Source: an uncultured Verrucomicrobiae bacterium
GTDB lineage: Bacteria > Verrucomicrobiota > Verrucomicrobiia > Chthoniobacterales > Terrimicrobiaceae
Assembly: GCA_963706955.1 (NCBI GenBank)
Contig: CAVPOC010000002.1
Location: 242,291-306,290, forward strand
DNA length: 64,000 nt
Direction: 5' to 3'
This document shows, one piece after another, positions 1 through 11,473 of the stretch (position 1 is the stretch's first letter; every line of letters begins with the position of its first letter). The notes below the pieces were generated by a model. The model was not told the origin of the DNA. It searched no databases and saw only the letters and a list, made by a program, of their open reading frames with translations. The translations under genes were made by a program, and so were the position numbers.

Positions 1-3
1 GCG

Positions 4-2316
4 ATGGGAGGCTGGCAGGCGTTTAAGGAGGCCAGGGCGCTCCACGCCGCCGGTCGCGTCCTCGAAGCGAGCTACGAGCCGCCCTTGCTCAAGGGCAGGC
101 TCACGGAGGGAGGCAAGTCTTTTCTCGCCGGACTGCAGTTGCGGAACGCTATCGATGTCGAGAATCTCTGTTTGTGCCGCGATTCGCGGGTGCGGGGAAT
201 CATCTGCGCGCATTCGCTCGCGGTGGCTCTGCAGGTGATCAAACCGGTCACGGGCGGGCAAACGACCGCACCCCGTGATCCGATCACGAGATCTTCTCTT
301 TCGCGCCGGCAAACCGAGGAAGAACCACAGGTCGAGCTCAGGCTGGAAGGTTCGCTGCGACACTTGGAAGTCGAAATCCACTTTCGCTATACCAAACCCG
401 ATGTCGGCAATAGCGCCCGCGAAACCGAGGCAATCGCGGAATTGGTGGGATGTGGATTCACCGAAGACAATGGCAAAGCTGTGCTCCGAGGCGAAGACGC
501 GATCGTGCGCTTCTTTTCGGCCGGACTTCCGAGGCTTCGCCAGAAATGGCAGGTGAACGAAGGTGAGCGATTTCGGCATGTCACTCGCGACTTCGTTCGC
601 CTCGAGCCTCAATTTGCGATCCGGGAACAGAGCGACGGCTGGCTGGACTTTCATGTCCACTATACAGCGGGCAGAGAAGCGATCTTTTCATCAGCCGACG
701 TGAATCGGCTTCTTCAGACCGGGAGCGGCCACTTTCGTCTGAAGGACGGAAAGATTGCCGTCGCGGATTCTGAGCTTGCGTCGGACTTGGAAGAAGTGCT
801 GCGCGACTGTGATCCGCGGCAGGAGGTCGGCGGTTACCGCATCCCGACCGTCCAGCGAGGATATCTTGAAGCCAGTGTCGCATCGTGGAAAGGAAGGAAC
901 GCTTCGGAATCAGGCTCTCCTCTAGACATCCCGGAAACCGGCCTCGGCACGATGAAGGAGAAGCTGCGACCGTATCAAGTTCAAGGTGCCGCCTGGTTGC
1001 TGGAGCGCGCTCGGCGCAGAGAGGGAGCCTTGCTGGCAGATGAAATGGGGCTTGGCAAGACGGTGCAAACGCTCGCGCTTGTTGAAGCCCTCCCCGGCAC
1101 CATCCTGGTGGTCTGCCCTTCGTCGCTTGTGTGGAACTGGAAGAGCGAGGCGGCCCATTTTCTCCCCGACTTGCCTGTGCTCGGGCTGGACGGTCCGGAC
1201 CGCGAGAAACGCTTTGCTGACGTGTTTACATCACGTCTGGTTATTACCAGTTATGCCCTCTTGCGGCGGGATATCGATCGCTACAAAGGCATGACTTTCT
1301 CTGCCGTGGTCTTGGACGAGGCCCAGCACATCAAGAACCCGGATAGCCAAAACGCCCGGGCGGCCTGCGCGCTGCAGGCGCAGAGTCGTTTCATCCTCAC
1401 GGGAACTCCCCTGGAGAATTCCCTACGCGACCTCTGGTCTCTCTTCGAGTTTTTGCTTCCTGGCTATCTCGGTAGCCGCCGTGATTTTAAAGATCGTTAT
1501 GAAATCCCGCTTCTAAACGGCGAACGCGGGGCGCTCTGGAATCGGCTTGCCCGGCGTTTGCGCCCTTACCTGATGCGCCGTCGCAAACAGGAAATTCTTT
1601 CCGAGCTTCCCGATAAGATCGAGCAGGTCCTCGAGGTGGAATTGAGCCCCGAACAGAAGTCCGCCTACACGGAGCTCCAGCTCGCGGCGCGGACTCAGAT
1701 CGATCAGCTTCGCCAGCAGTCCTCGGGAGCAGCTCGCATGCGCGTGCTGACAGCCCTTCTTCGGTTGAGACAGGCGTGCTGCGATCTACGGCTGCTGGGC
1801 AAGGAGGGCTCCTCATCCGCGAAGCTCAACGCCTTGCTCGAGCTCCTGCAGGAAGCAATCGACAGCGGTCACCGCACATTGGTCTTCAGCCAATTCACAG
1901 CGATGCTCGATATCATCGCGGACGCCCTCGAGAATACAGGCATTGCGTTTTGTCGCCTTGACGGCGCCACCCGAGACCGTCAAGCGGTGGTCGAGCGTTT
2001 CCAAAACGATGAAAGCATCCCGGTTTTTCTCATCAGCCTGAAGGCCGGCGGTGTGGGACTTAATCTTACCGCGGCCGATACCGTCATTCACTTCGACCCT
2101 TGGTGGAACCCGGCCGTGGAGGCACAAGCCACTGACCGCGCCCACCGCATCGGCCAACGGCGCGTAGTCACCTCGATCAAACTCATCGCCCGAGACACCG
2201 TGGAAGAGCGTATCGTTCGGATGCAGGAGAAAAAACGTGAGCTGCTCGAGGGAACGGTCGATGCACAGACGGCTCTCGAGCAGCTTTCGCCCGAGGATCT
2301 TGGCGAGCTGGTCTAA
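4..2316 (+). CDS. SNF2-family (SWIM + DEXD/HELICc) helicase; true start may lie upstream of the window
   Basis: SWIM-like CxC...CxH (CLCRDSRVRGIICAH); LADEMGLGKT, LDEAQHIKN, TGTPLEN, FSQFT, SLKAGGVGLNL, DPWWNPAVEAQATDRAHRIGQ motifs. Confidence 0.95.
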   Translation: MGGWQAFKEARALHAAGRVLEASYEPPLLKGRLTEGGKSFLAGLQLRNAIDVENLCLCRDSRVRGIICAHSLAVALQVIKPVTGGQTTAPRDPITRSSLSRRQTEEEPQVELRLEGSLRHLEVEIHFRYTKPDVGNSARETEAIAELVGCGFTEDNGKAVLRGEDAIVRFFSAGLPRLRQKWQVNEGERFRHVTRDFVRLEPQFAIREQSDGWLDFHVHYTAGREAIFSSADVNRLLQTGSGHFRLKDGKIAVADSELASDLEEVLRDCDPRQEVGGYRIPTVQRGYLEASVASWKGRNASESGSPLDIPETGLGTMKEKLRPYQVQGAAWLLERARRREGALLADEMGLGKTVQTLALVEALPGTILVVCPSSLVWNWKSEAAHFLPDLPVLGLDGPDREKRFADVFTSRLVITSYALLRRDIDRYKGMTFSAVVLDEAQHIKNPDSQNARAACALQAQSRFILTGTPLENSLRDLWSLFEFLLPGYLGSRRDFKDRYEIPLLNGERGALWNRLARRLRPYLMRRRKQEILSELPDKIEQVLEVELSPEQKSAYTELQLAARTQIDQLRQQSSGAARMRVLTALLRLRQACCDLRLLGKEGSSSAKLNALLELLQEAIDSGHRTLVFSQFTAMLDIIADALENTGIAFCRLDGATRDRQAVVERFQNDESIPVFLISLKAGGVGLNLTAADTVIHFDPWWNPAVEAQATDRAHRIGQRRVVTSIKLIARDTVEERIVRMQEKKRELLEGTVDAQTALEQLSPEDLGELV

Positions 2317-2401
2317 GAGGATTCCGGAAAAGCCGCTGCAATGCGCCGTCGGACCTGAGTGAGACCATCGCCGCAAAGTATCTGCGGAGCGCACGCGTCT
2401 T

Positions 2402-2461
2402 TGTAGCGGCGATGTCCCCATCGCCGGAAATACCCTCGACCGTGAGCCCACGGTCGCTACA
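2402..2461. repeat. GTAG-type REP-like palindrome pair
   Basis: TGTAGCGGCGATGTCCCCATCGCCG ... CGACCGTGAGCCCACGGTCGCTACA; same family recurs through the window. Confidence 0.8.
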
Positions 2462-2663
2462 GATGTCTTCGGCGACACGTCCGACAGCTGCCCGACACTC
2501 CAAAAATCGCCGTCGCCATCGGTGCCTAATTCCCCTGAGGCTCAATGGGCGCGATTCACCGATGGCTCGGCCGTGGCATCGTTCTCACAAGGCGATGCTC
2601 TCCGCGCTTGCACTCCAGCGGTCTTTTCCGGAAAGCTGTGGATCCCTCTAATCAATTAAGCAC

Positions 2664-3648
2664 ATGAAAAAGCGGACGTTTGACAAAACTGGTGTGGAAG
2701 TATCGGAAGTTGGTCTGGGTTGTTGGCAACTCGGCGGCGCGGATTGGGGAGATGTTTCGGACGAGAAGGCGCTCGCAATCCTCGCCGCTGCTGTCGAGGC
2801 GGGGGTGACCTTCTTTGATACGGCTGACGTCTATGGGAATGGTCGCAGCGAAAGCTTGATCGGACGCTTTTTAAAGCAGACTTCCGAGCCAATCTTCGTC
2901 GCTACCAAGCTTGGCCGAATGTCAGACCTTTACCCCGACAAGTATTCCGAAGAGGGAGTTCGAAAAGCCATCGAAGCATCCTTGCGCCGGCTCGAGGTCG
3001 AGGCGCTCGACTTGACGCAGCTCCATTGCGTTCCAACAGAAATCATGCGCCAGGGTGAAATCTTCGAATGGCTGCGCAAATGTCAAAAGGAAGGCAAGAT
3101 CAAGAGTTTCGGAGCGAGCGTTGAATCGATGGAGGAAGCGCTGATTTGTCTCGAGCAACCGGACTTCGCTTCGCTCCAGATCATTTTCAACATTTTTCGG
3201 CAGAAGCCGATCGTCTCGCTTTTTCCTCATGCGAAGGAGAAGGAAGTGGCCATCATCGTCAGGCTGCCTCTGGCTAGCGGATTACTTTCCGGCAAAGATG
3301 AACAAGGACACGAAATTCGCCGCGACCGATCATCGCTCCTATAACCGCGACGGGCAGCAGTTCAGTGTGGGGGAAACTTTTGCCGGCCTGCCATTTGAGA
3401 AGGGTGTCGAGTTGGCAGAAGATTTGAAGGACTTTGTGCCCGAAGCGCTAACCATGGCACAATTCGCGCAGCGCTGGATCCTCGACCACGAGGAGGTCTC
3501 CGTGATCATCCCCGGGGCCACTTCTGCCGACCAGGCCCGAGCCAATGCGAGTATCTCTGAGCTTCCCCCTCTCAGTCAGCCGCTGCACGAACGTCTGGCG
3601 AACTATTATCAGGGCAAGGTGTATCCTTTCATTCGTGGCCCGTATTGA
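2664..3648 (+). CDS. Aldo/keto reductase (frameshift near 3295)
   Basis: GLGCWQLGG, FFDTADVYGNGRSE, ATKLG, RLPLASGLL; C-terminus (IPGAT...QARAN) continues in ORF 3229-3648. Confidence 0.9.
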
Positions 3649-3692
3649 GCGGAATCTTGCCGGCACCGTTCTTCTGACGTAGTGGTGCCTTC

Positions 3693-4142
3693 ATGCGTAT
3701 CGCCTCATTAACAATCGCTTTCGCGCTCGTCTTTATGTCCTTCACAAACGCGCAATCCGGCCTTCAGGAAGGGGAGCGTTTTCTCAAGGAAAATGCCACC
3801 AAACCTGGCGTCAACACGACTTCCTCCGGTCTCCAGTACAAGGTGCTTCAGGAGGGGACGGGCAAGAGTCCGAAGGCGACAGATGTCGTCGTCGTCAATT
3901 ACCGTGGGACGCTCATCAACGGCAAAGAGTTTGACAGCTCCTACAAGGCCGGAAAGCCGATCGAGTTTCCTCTGAATCGTGTCATTCCTGGTTGGACCGA
4001 AGGTGTCCAGCTGATGAAGGAAGGTGCGAAGTACGAATTCTATATTCCTCCGAATCTGGCCTATGGTTCTCGCGGGGCCGGCGGGGTCATTGGTCCGGAC
4101 GAAACCCTGATCTTTGAAGTGGAATTGCTTAAGGTCAGGTAG
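3693..4142 (+). CDS. FKBP-type peptidyl-prolyl cis-trans isomerase, secreted
   Basis: Signal peptide; SGLQYKVL, YRGTLINGKEFDSS, VIPGWTEG, IPPNLAYG, TLIFEVELL. Confidence 0.95.
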   Translation: MRIASLTIAFALVFMSFTNAQSGLQEGERFLKENATKPGVNTTSSGLQYKVLQEGTGKSPKATDVVVVNYRGTLINGKEFDSSYKAGKPIEFPLNRVIPGWTEGVQLMKEGAKYEFYIPPNLAYGSRGAGGVIGPDETLIFEVELLKVR

Positions 4143-4173
4143 GCTGGGCTGAGCGCCGCTGGTCATCACCCTG

Positions 4174-5445
4174 ATGTTCTCGATGACTCGAGCGTTTCGG
4201 TCGGCGACTCGATTCTATCTCTTTGTTCTCTCTTTCGGCGCGATCTCCCTGTTTGCTTCCGACGACCTGCGGCCGGGCGATGTGGTGGCGATTTGCGGTG
4301 ATTCGATTACCGAACAGGGCCTCTATTCGGCTTTCATCGAGGCCTACCTGCTCGCGTGTCAACCTGTCAGCGGTGTCCGCACCCACCAATTTGGCTTGAG
4401 CGGCGAAACTTCCTGGGAATTTCTTACCCGCATCGACTCTGACGTCCTGCCGTTTCGGCCGACGGTGGCAACAACGTGTTACGGGATGAACGACGGCGGG
4501 TATGGACCGTTCGACCCGGAACGCGAGATGGGCTATCGACGCGCCACTACTGAGATCGTCCAAAGGTTGAAGCGCGCCGGCGTGCGCCTTATCATTGTCG
4601 GTTCGCCCGGGGTGGTCGACAGCGACGCGTTCGATCAGAACGGCCCGATCTGGACCAACGCCGAAGAATATAATCGCCAAACGCTTCGACGGCTTGCTCA
4701 GATTGCCCGGGAAGTTGCCGCGCAAGAAGGCGTCCGATACGCCGACGTTCATGGAGTTTTTTGGCACGCGATGGAGAGGGCAAAGGCGAAGTTTGGGCCT
4801 CGTTACCATGTCGCAGGTGCCGACGGCGTGCACCCCGCCGCCAATGGTCATCTGATTATTGCTTACGCATTTCTGAAGGCCCTGGGATGCGATGGAAACA
4901 TCGGGACTTTCACGGTCGATCTAGCTGCCAGACGGGTAACCGTAAGCGAAGGGCATCGTCTCCTTTCCTTCGCCGATGACAGCGTCAAAATTCAGTCCAC
5001 CCGCTATCCATTCTGCTTCTATGGAGAACCGACCGATCCGGAGAGCACGCGTGGAATTCTCGAGGTGCTCCCCTTTAATGCGGAACTGAATCGGCTCGAG
5101 TTGTGGGTTACCGGTGCTTCAACACCCCGGCTTAAGGTAACGTGGGGAAACTCGTTCAAAATTTTCCGCGCGGAGGAATTGGCGAAAGGGGTGAACCTAG
5201 CCGCCGAGTTCCTGGACAACCCGTTCAGCGCGCCCTTCCAAGCGGTCGAATATGCCGTCTCCAAGCAGCAGCAGTACGAGGCCCCGCGCGTTCACATCAT
5301 CGAGGAAAGCTGGGCGGAAGGATGGCGCAAACAAAAGACAATGCGCGGTGCACCGAGTCTGGAGAAGATCCGGGAATTGGAAGCTGCTGCGCGCGCCGCC
5401 GTTAAGCCCGTTACACACACCCTGACAATCACGCCTGTGCCATAG
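4174..5445 (+). CDS. SGNH/GDSL hydrolase, secreted
   Basis: GDSITE, YGMND, DGVHP blocks; N-terminal signal. Confidence 0.9.
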   Translation: MFSMTRAFRSATRFYLFVLSFGAISLFASDDLRPGDVVAICGDSITEQGLYSAFIEAYLLACQPVSGVRTHQFGLSGETSWEFLTRIDSDVLPFRPTVATTCYGMNDGGYGPFDPEREMGYRRATTEIVQRLKRAGVRLIIVGSPGVVDSDAFDQNGPIWTNAEEYNRQTLRRLAQIAREVAAQEGVRYADVHGVFWHAMERAKAKFGPRYHVAGADGVHPAANGHLIIAYAFLKALGCDGNIGTFTVDLAARRVTVSEGHRLLSFADDSVKIQSTRYPFCFYGEPTDPESTRGILEVLPFNAELNRLELWVTGASTPRLKVTWGNSFKIFRAEELAKGVNLAAEFLDNPFSAPFQAVEYAVSKQQQYEAPRVHIIEESWAEGWRKQKTMRGAPSLEKIRELEAAARAAVKPVTHTLTITPVP

Positions 5446-5500
5446 CGGCGACGATGTCCCCATCGTCACGATCTTCGGCGGCGGGGACGCCGCCGCTACA
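5443..5500. repeat. GTAG-type REP-like palindrome pair
   Basis: GCGACGATGTCCCCATCGTC ... CGGCGGCGGGGACGCCGCCGCTACA. Confidence 0.75.
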
Positions 5501-5679
5501 GACGCTTGCTCGCATTACCCACGAGATTGCAGGCGCTCGTGATGACTAAGCGCCAACGGCGCGACTTCAACGTCAGCCTGGGGCGGCCGCCCCAGGGACG
5601 GTCCAAAGAAAAGATGAACAGCGCTGAAGGCGCGATTCATCACAGGCCGTGTTCGCCTTGTTGCGCGCGCCCTGCGCCC

Positions 5680-6057
5680 CTAATTCTTCAAGCGATAGCA
5701 GACCTCGAGCCTGTTACCGGCGGGATCTTCGAAGAATACTCCGTAATACGCCTCGGAGCCTTCATAGCTGGGACCTTCGATATTTCGCGCACCGATCTTC
5801 CTGAGCACTTGTGCGATTTCATCGACTTCGGCGATGCTCGGCGCCCAAAAGGCTATTCGATTTTCGTTCGGCCTGTGTCCCGGCGACTGAGTCACACCGA
5901 AGAACTCGGTTGGTCCCTCGCCTTGAGTAGAGAATTGCAACCAGCCGGGAATGTTCATGTCTTCGGTAAAGCCGAGCCGGGGCAGGAGCGCGCCGTAGAA
6001 CTCTCTAACCGATGCAAGGTCCGCAACGCGAAGATCAATGTGGTCGAAGCGACGCAT
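5680..6057 (-). CDS. VOC/glyoxalase family protein
   Basis: FDHIDLRV...FY, YGVFFEDPAGNRLEV. Confidence 0.9.
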   Translation of the reverse strand: MRRFDHIDLRVADLASVREFYGALLPRLGFTEDMNIPGWLQFSTQGEGPTEFFGVTQSPGHRPNENRIAFWAPSIAEVDEIAQVLRKIGARNIEGPSYEGSEAYYGVFFEDPAGNRLEVCYRLKN

Positions 6058-6071
6058 GCGGAGCTTTCAAG

Positions 6072-7070
6072 TTAGCAGTCGGCGATTGCTCGAGCGACAG
6101 GCTCGACCTGACCCCGGCACCATTCGGAAAGAAACTCGACGATCCTTCGTTCAGCCCAGCTTTGCTTGCGCGAGAGGGAATCGTAAAAGCCAAGGTGGCC
6201 GCCCGCGGTCGGCGCTTCGAGGAACACGTGTGCGCTCGCCTTCGCTTCCTCGAAAGGAAGACAATTTGGAGTTAAGAACGGGTCATCTTGCGCACTAAGG
6301 ATGAGGGTCGGAACGGTAATCGCGCCAAGGAATTGCCGCGAGCTGCACCGCGTCCAGTAGTCACTGGCGTCGCGAAATCCATGGACTGGCGCGGTAAATC
6401 GTCCGTCGAAATCTTCAAATCCACGAATGCCTTTGGTTTGGCTGGCGTCGATCTGCTCTGGGAAATGCTTCGCCTTGGCCTTTACCTTCCGCACGAGCGT
6501 GGCGATCAATCGCCGCAGATAAAGGCGGTTGGTCCTCCGTTGGTCGAGCGCACGCGCACTCGCCGTCAGATCGACGGGAGCTGAGATCGCGGCGGCGCAA
6601 GCGACCGCGCTGTGCGGACGAGCTTCACCGAGATATTTGAGGACGAGGTTTCCACCCAGGCTGAAGCCGATCAAAGCGATTCGCGAAAAGCGGCGGGCCG
6701 CGTGCTCAATGACGAGCGCCAGATCTGCCTGTCTCTCCGCTATGGTAAAGGCGTGGTAGGCGATTTAGTTCTCCGCTGCAGCCGCGATAATTCCACGCAA
6801 GGACGTTCCAGCCGCTCGCTGCAGCGTCCGGGCCATGCCGCAGATGGTGGCGTCCTGGGAAGATCCTTCCAACCCATGTGAAAGGATTGCCAGATCGCAG
6901 CCGAGAGCTGGCAACCAGTCTAAATCCAGAAAATCGCCATCGGCAAGTTCCAGCCTTTCGCGCTGATATGGCAGACGCATCTTCCTCCTGGAGATAACTG
7001 GCAGCAGCGTTTGCAGGTGCGCGTTGCGCAACAGAAAGGGCGGATGGAACTGCGAGCGAATGACCGGCAT
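6072..7070 (-). CDS. YheT-like alpha/beta hydrolase (frameshifted)
   Basis: NAHLQT, DGDFLDLDW, HGLEGSS, GFSLGGN nucleophile elbow, AQDDPF, GGHLGF split across ORFs 6765-7190 and 6072-6674. Confidence 0.85.
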
Positions 7071-7222
7071 CTTAGAAAGCTTCTCTACTCTAGCGTTCGG
7101 CGCATCCCGCCGGAAGCCATATTCCCGAAACGGTGCTACGAAGAAGCGTAACAGTGTCGACTTCTCTTGTTGTGGAGGCGGTTGTGCCAACCGCCCCTAC
7201 AATGAAGTGCCACAGGCCGCCT

Positions 7223-8322
7223 CTACTTTACGTCGATGATGGTGTTCTTTTCGACAAGCTCGCTCATGAGAAAAGCATCCCAATTGGACATTCGAATGCA
7301 GCCGTGGCTTTCGTTTCGTCCGATCTGATCCGGGTGGGGCGTTCCATGCATGCCCACACTGGGTTTGTTGATGGCCATCCAGACGACCCCGACTGGGTTG
7401 TTGGGCCCGGGGGGCAGGTTGTAGGCATTGTCGCTGCGGACCCCATTTTCCAGAACCGACTTGTCCCAGCGAAAGTAGGGCATGAGGACATTCGCTGGTC
7501 ACTTTCCATTGCCCGTCCGGAACCGGCACCTCGCGCGACCCCGGAGTGCAGGGAAAGCAGGCGACCAAGCGATCACCTTCATAGAGCTCAATGAGTCGCT
7601 CAGCACGGAGGAGTTCCAAGCGCCGAATCGGAGTCTCTCCACCCGAAGCCGGTGTTGCCGACGCGGTTCCATTCTCGGCCGGCGAGGGAGATGGCGCAGC
7701 TGCTTGCGAGGAATCGTCCTGCTGTTCTCTGGAACCTTTTTTCGCTTTCTCCTCCTCCTTGCGCTGCTTTTCAAGTGCTACGACTTTGGCGATTTCAAAT
7801 TCGGTGACATCCGGCACGCGCAAGACTGAGCCTACGGTCAGCTCGCCCTTGGGAGCCTTCCCATTGAGCTCGCGCAAAAAATCCAAGTCGCAGTGGAATC
7901 GTTCGGCGACAAGCTCCCACAGGTCCGCATAGAGCATCGCCTTGAGCGTTTCTTGCTCCGGCGGGCTCCGAGGCCTGCGGGCCTATCCAATCCAAATCCT
8001 CTTTGGTAATGGTGTAGTCGCGATAGGGCGCGGAGATGCTCGAAACGTCCAGGCGGGTTCCCTCGGGCAGACCGTTCGCGCGGCAGTAGCGATCCGCCGC
8101 CTTTTGCGTGAACTCTCCACCGAGCCCGTCGATCTTGCCTGGTCGAAAGTTCGCGCGGTCCAAAAAGATCTGCACGCGCACCATCTCCATGCGTTCTGCT
8201 GAATCGGGCGATTGCTTCTGCAACCGGGCGATCTGCGCCTTCAACGGCGTCTTGGCATCCAGCTCGATCCCCGCACCGCACAGGAGCGCGGCAAACAAGA
8301 TTAGTCGGAATCTGGAAAGCAT
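7223..8322 (-). CDS. L,D-transpeptidase (YkuD family), secreted (two frameshifts)
   Basis: VQIFLDRANFRPGKIDG, LVAERFH, PPGPNNPVGVVW, GMHGTP...SHGCIRM catalytic motif across three ORFs. Confidence 0.85.
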
Positions 8323-8571
8323 TGAGCGCAGGGCAAACGTTTTGTCCCTGCCGCAGGGGATGCCGCTGCAATCCGCAGTGCGCGTGGATCTGGGGTGGTC
8401 TTTCAATGGAAGATCTCGTTTACGGTCACGAGTTTATCGAATTTCGTGCGTGATGGGGATGCCTGGATGGGGACGCCGAAATTCCGTGGCAAGAGCGACA
8501 CTACTCCTTCACTTTCGAAGGAAACGCCGCGACTCGAGTTAAACGCTGAACTCAGCGAGCTTGCGGCTTCA

Positions 8572-9857
8572 CTACGGCCGGCGTCGATTCGGAGAGCCTG
8601 CCTGCGAGGAGCGAGATCTTCGAACCTCCAGAACGACCCAGCTGAGAAACATCAAGACGAATGAGACAATCAGCGGTGTCTTTTCGTCGATCGCCTGCAA
8701 GCCTCCGCCGAGGAAAGAAATCGTGCCGAAAGCGAATGCGTTTATGGCAGCGGTAATGCCCATGATCTCTCCCTTGGTATCCTCGGTCGAGAGATCGGTA
8801 AACAGAATGATGAGCGCGCCAAACGAGACAGCAGTGGCAACGGATATCGGAAGGATAATCATCCATTGCGCGATCATACTCGGTGCGAAGGTGCTCACGA
8901 CGATGAAGGCTGCGGTTGCGAGAAGGCTTCCGCTGGTGATCGCGTGCGCTGAAAAACGCTTCGTCAGAACAGGCATCGCCAAAGCAAAGCTGATGCAGAA
9001 TCCGATTCCCATGACTGCCATGAAGAGACTGGCATCCGTCACCGAGGCGTCAAAGCGATCCATTACGAAGTGGGCGACGAAAAAGAAGTATGCTCCCCAA
9101 GCCATCTCTTGAAGCAGGAAAACGCTGGAAACCCTCCGCAGGCCGGGCCGCTGGAATGCATGCGCCAGACTGTGCAATCCACTCAGCAGAGAAAGAGGCG
9201 TCTCGCTTCTGGGCCGAAGTTAGGCGCGGCGGTTCGCGAAAGAGGAACAGAAGCAGGCAAAAATTTAGCACGGCGAGAGCTACTGTGGCGAGGAGCGGGG
9301 TCTGTGTGTTGAACCAGGGCATAATGCTGCTGTCGGACAACAACCCACTGAGGGCGGGGCCCACCACGAAGCCAACCGAAGACGCAAGTAATCCCATGCT
9401 CAGCCAAAAATCGCGCTTCTCGGGCGCGGAGACATCGACGAGCGCAGCCAGCGAAATCGGCTGGCTGGCCGCGGTCATGCCGCCGAGAGCTCGGCCGACC
9501 ATTACGAGAATGATCGAACCGAGCGCAAAGGCGCTGCTGAGTATTGTGTAGCTCAAGACGATTCCTACCGCACAAATCAGCAGCATCCGCTTACGTCCGA
9601 CACGATCGGAAAGCTGGCCCAGGATCGGTGCACCGAAAAACATCATCATCGGGTAGAGTCCCGTGGCGACTCCGTAGATAATGTAGCGAGCATCTTCGCT
9701 TAACCCCGCGCCAATAGCCGCTGTCGAGTCTGGCGCGAGCTCCGCCGCCAGCAGCGGAGTCAGCATTGCGAAGCCCATCGAGTCGATCAGGACGATCAGC
9801 AGGAGGGGCAACGCCGCCGCCGGTGAGGAAGCTTTCGCTTGTTCGCGGCGGAGTCAT
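8572..9857 (-). CDS. MFS transporter, TetA/DHA1-like (frameshifted)
   Basis: GQLSDRVGRKR motif A, GRALGG, GFVVGPALSG motif C; hydrophobic helices split over ORFs. Confidence 0.85.
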
Positions 9858-9945
9858 TCCTGAAGTGGGAAGGCAGGCGCCTTCATCGAAAGAGCTCGCT
9901 CATACAAACGGAGGCAAATTCAGGACGCGGTGGAAACGCGCCCAG

Positions 9946-10902
9946 CTACCATTCCAGCCCGGCATCCTGCCAACGCTTGAGCTTCTCAGGCTCAGTCGAT
10001 GCGAACGCTCCACGGTAGTCACCTTCGGAGTATTTGAGATTCATAGCGCGCACCCCGCCCTGGACCACGCGAATCGAACCGGACTTCGCCTGCTTAAAAT
10101 CGTCGCTGGCTCGATGGATAATACCCAAAGTGCTGTGAGGCAAGAACGGCTCTACCAGGCAGCCTTTTTCTGCATCATACATGGGAAACGCCTGATGGCA
10201 CATCCAGTTGCACGTGCTCGGCAGGAACTCGATGCCGTTCTCAATGTGTTCCTCGAGATTCTCAAAAATCTCCAGATTGAACGAACATTGCTCGACGTGA
10301 AAATTCGGTTCCTTCTCCAAGGCACGCCGAATGCGATCGTCGACGCGGTCCCAAATAACCGACTTCGCTGGCATGGCAAACACGCCAGTATTGATGATCG
10401 GATAATCGCGATACTTCTCAGCGTAATCCGAGCCGTGCAAATCCTTATAGATCTTTGTCAGGAACTGACGGAACGACTTCGAATTTCTGTAATTGGATTT
10501 GTAGGAACGATCGATCTCCGGCGTCACGGCCATGACGCCTTTGCGGGCGCCGGCAATGTAGAGCTCGACCGCAAACCAGTCCTGGATCCAAGCGTCCGCG
10601 TCGATATGAAAATAGACTTCGTAGCCGGGGAAATATTTGCGGACATGCAAGCGCGCCAGCAGCGCCTTGAACCCGATCGGGAAGCCGGACGACGCGCTCA
10701 GCCCGTACTCCCAGTCGGGATTGGCCACGGTCACCTTCTGATCTTCGAGCCACTCGATCTGTGCGGGGGACATCCCGAGGTCCACGACCGAGATGTCAAT
10801 GGTCGAGCCCTGCGGCTTTTCTCGGACGGAAAGGACCAAGCCTTGGAAGAAGTGAAAAAACTCGGCGTTGCAGCCGCTCGTAATGGTAGTCGTATTGCCC
10901 AT
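9946..10902 (-). CDS. Putative GT-A fold glycosyltransferase
   Basis: VVDLGM, HIDADAW (DxD), INTGVF, EQxxxN, NWMCH pattern resembling GT8/nucleotide-diphospho-sugar transferases. Confidence 0.65.
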   Translation of the reverse strand: MGNTTTITSGCNAEFFHFFQGLVLSVREKPQGSTIDISVVDLGMSPAQIEWLEDQKVTVANPDWEYGLSASSGFPIGFKALLARLHVRKYFPGYEVYFHIDADAWIQDWFAVELYIAGARKGVMAVTPEIDRSYKSNYRNSKSFRQFLTKIYKDLHGSDYAEKYRDYPIINTGVFAMPAKSVIWDRVDDRIRRALEKEPNFHVEQCSFNLEIFENLEEHIENGIEFLPSTCNWMCHQAFPMYDAEKGCLVEPFLPHSTLGIIHRASDDFKQAKSGSIRVVQGGVRAMNLKYSEGDYRGAFASTEPEKLKRWQDAGLEW

Positions 10903-11105
10903 ACTCGATGAGAAAGGTGGGAGGATTCGAAACTGGCGGACTCTTTCACATCAGGGCGCGAAAAGAATGTCAAAGTGATGAATGGACCAACACGGGGTAA
11001 ACGGCTTGGCCCAAACTTCCCAGCCCTCGAGACCGCATGGCAGCAGGGCCGCGATGTGACAAGCCCCACTGCGGTCTAAGAGATTATATAGGCGACCGCG
11101 AAGAG

Positions 11106-11166
11106 TGTAGGGGAGCTTGTGTCAAGCGGCAACGAAAGCCACAGGCGCTTGGCAAGCGTCTCCACA
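11106..11166. repeat. REP-like palindromic element (GTAG/GGAG variant)
   Basis: TGTAGGGG...CCACAGGCGCTTGGC...CTCCACA; GCCAAGCGCCTGTGG also near 36402 and 47469. Confidence 0.6.
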
Positions 11167-11177
11167 AATGGCTTCTC

Positions 11178-11284
11178 GTGACCGGCACCCTGTTATAACA
11201 CGACTGCCCCTGATCGGGTAAAGCGCCACGGGCGCGGCTTGAATCGTTAACCCGGGGGCCAACCGTCCGAGGTATCGGTGTCAC
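11178..11284. ncRNA. Candidate structured RNA (rod-like hairpin), family unassigned
   Basis: Nested complementary segments GTGAC/GTCAC, GCCCC/GGGGC, CGGG/CCCG and apical GCGCC-ACG-GGCGC in a non-coding spacer. Confidence 0.3.
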
Positions 11285-11473
11285 CGCCGCATTGATCGCC
11301 TCCGCCGACGACAATTTCAGCCCGGGAAATCGCCAGGTCCGCGCAACAAATCACAAAGCAGCCTGAGGCGCGATTCACTCAAACACGTACGCTGACTGAC
11401 TTGAAAGCTTCTTTTCCAGTCCGTTGCTACGATGAGAATTGCCACATCGTCGCTCGGTTCGGAATATCGGGCC

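Noticed and set aside
3290..3310. Programmed ribosomal frameshift in the aldo/keto reductase (and other split genes)
   Set aside because: No canonical slippery heptamer with stimulator; the many similar breaks point to sequencing error
9766..10911. 381-aa plus-strand ORF
   Set aside because: Antisense shadow of the glycosyltransferase; no motifs
11170..11350. SRP RNA, ZMP or cobalamin riboswitch
   Set aside because: Only short partial matches (CGTGACCGGC, GACTGCCCC); the diagnostic conserved elements are missing
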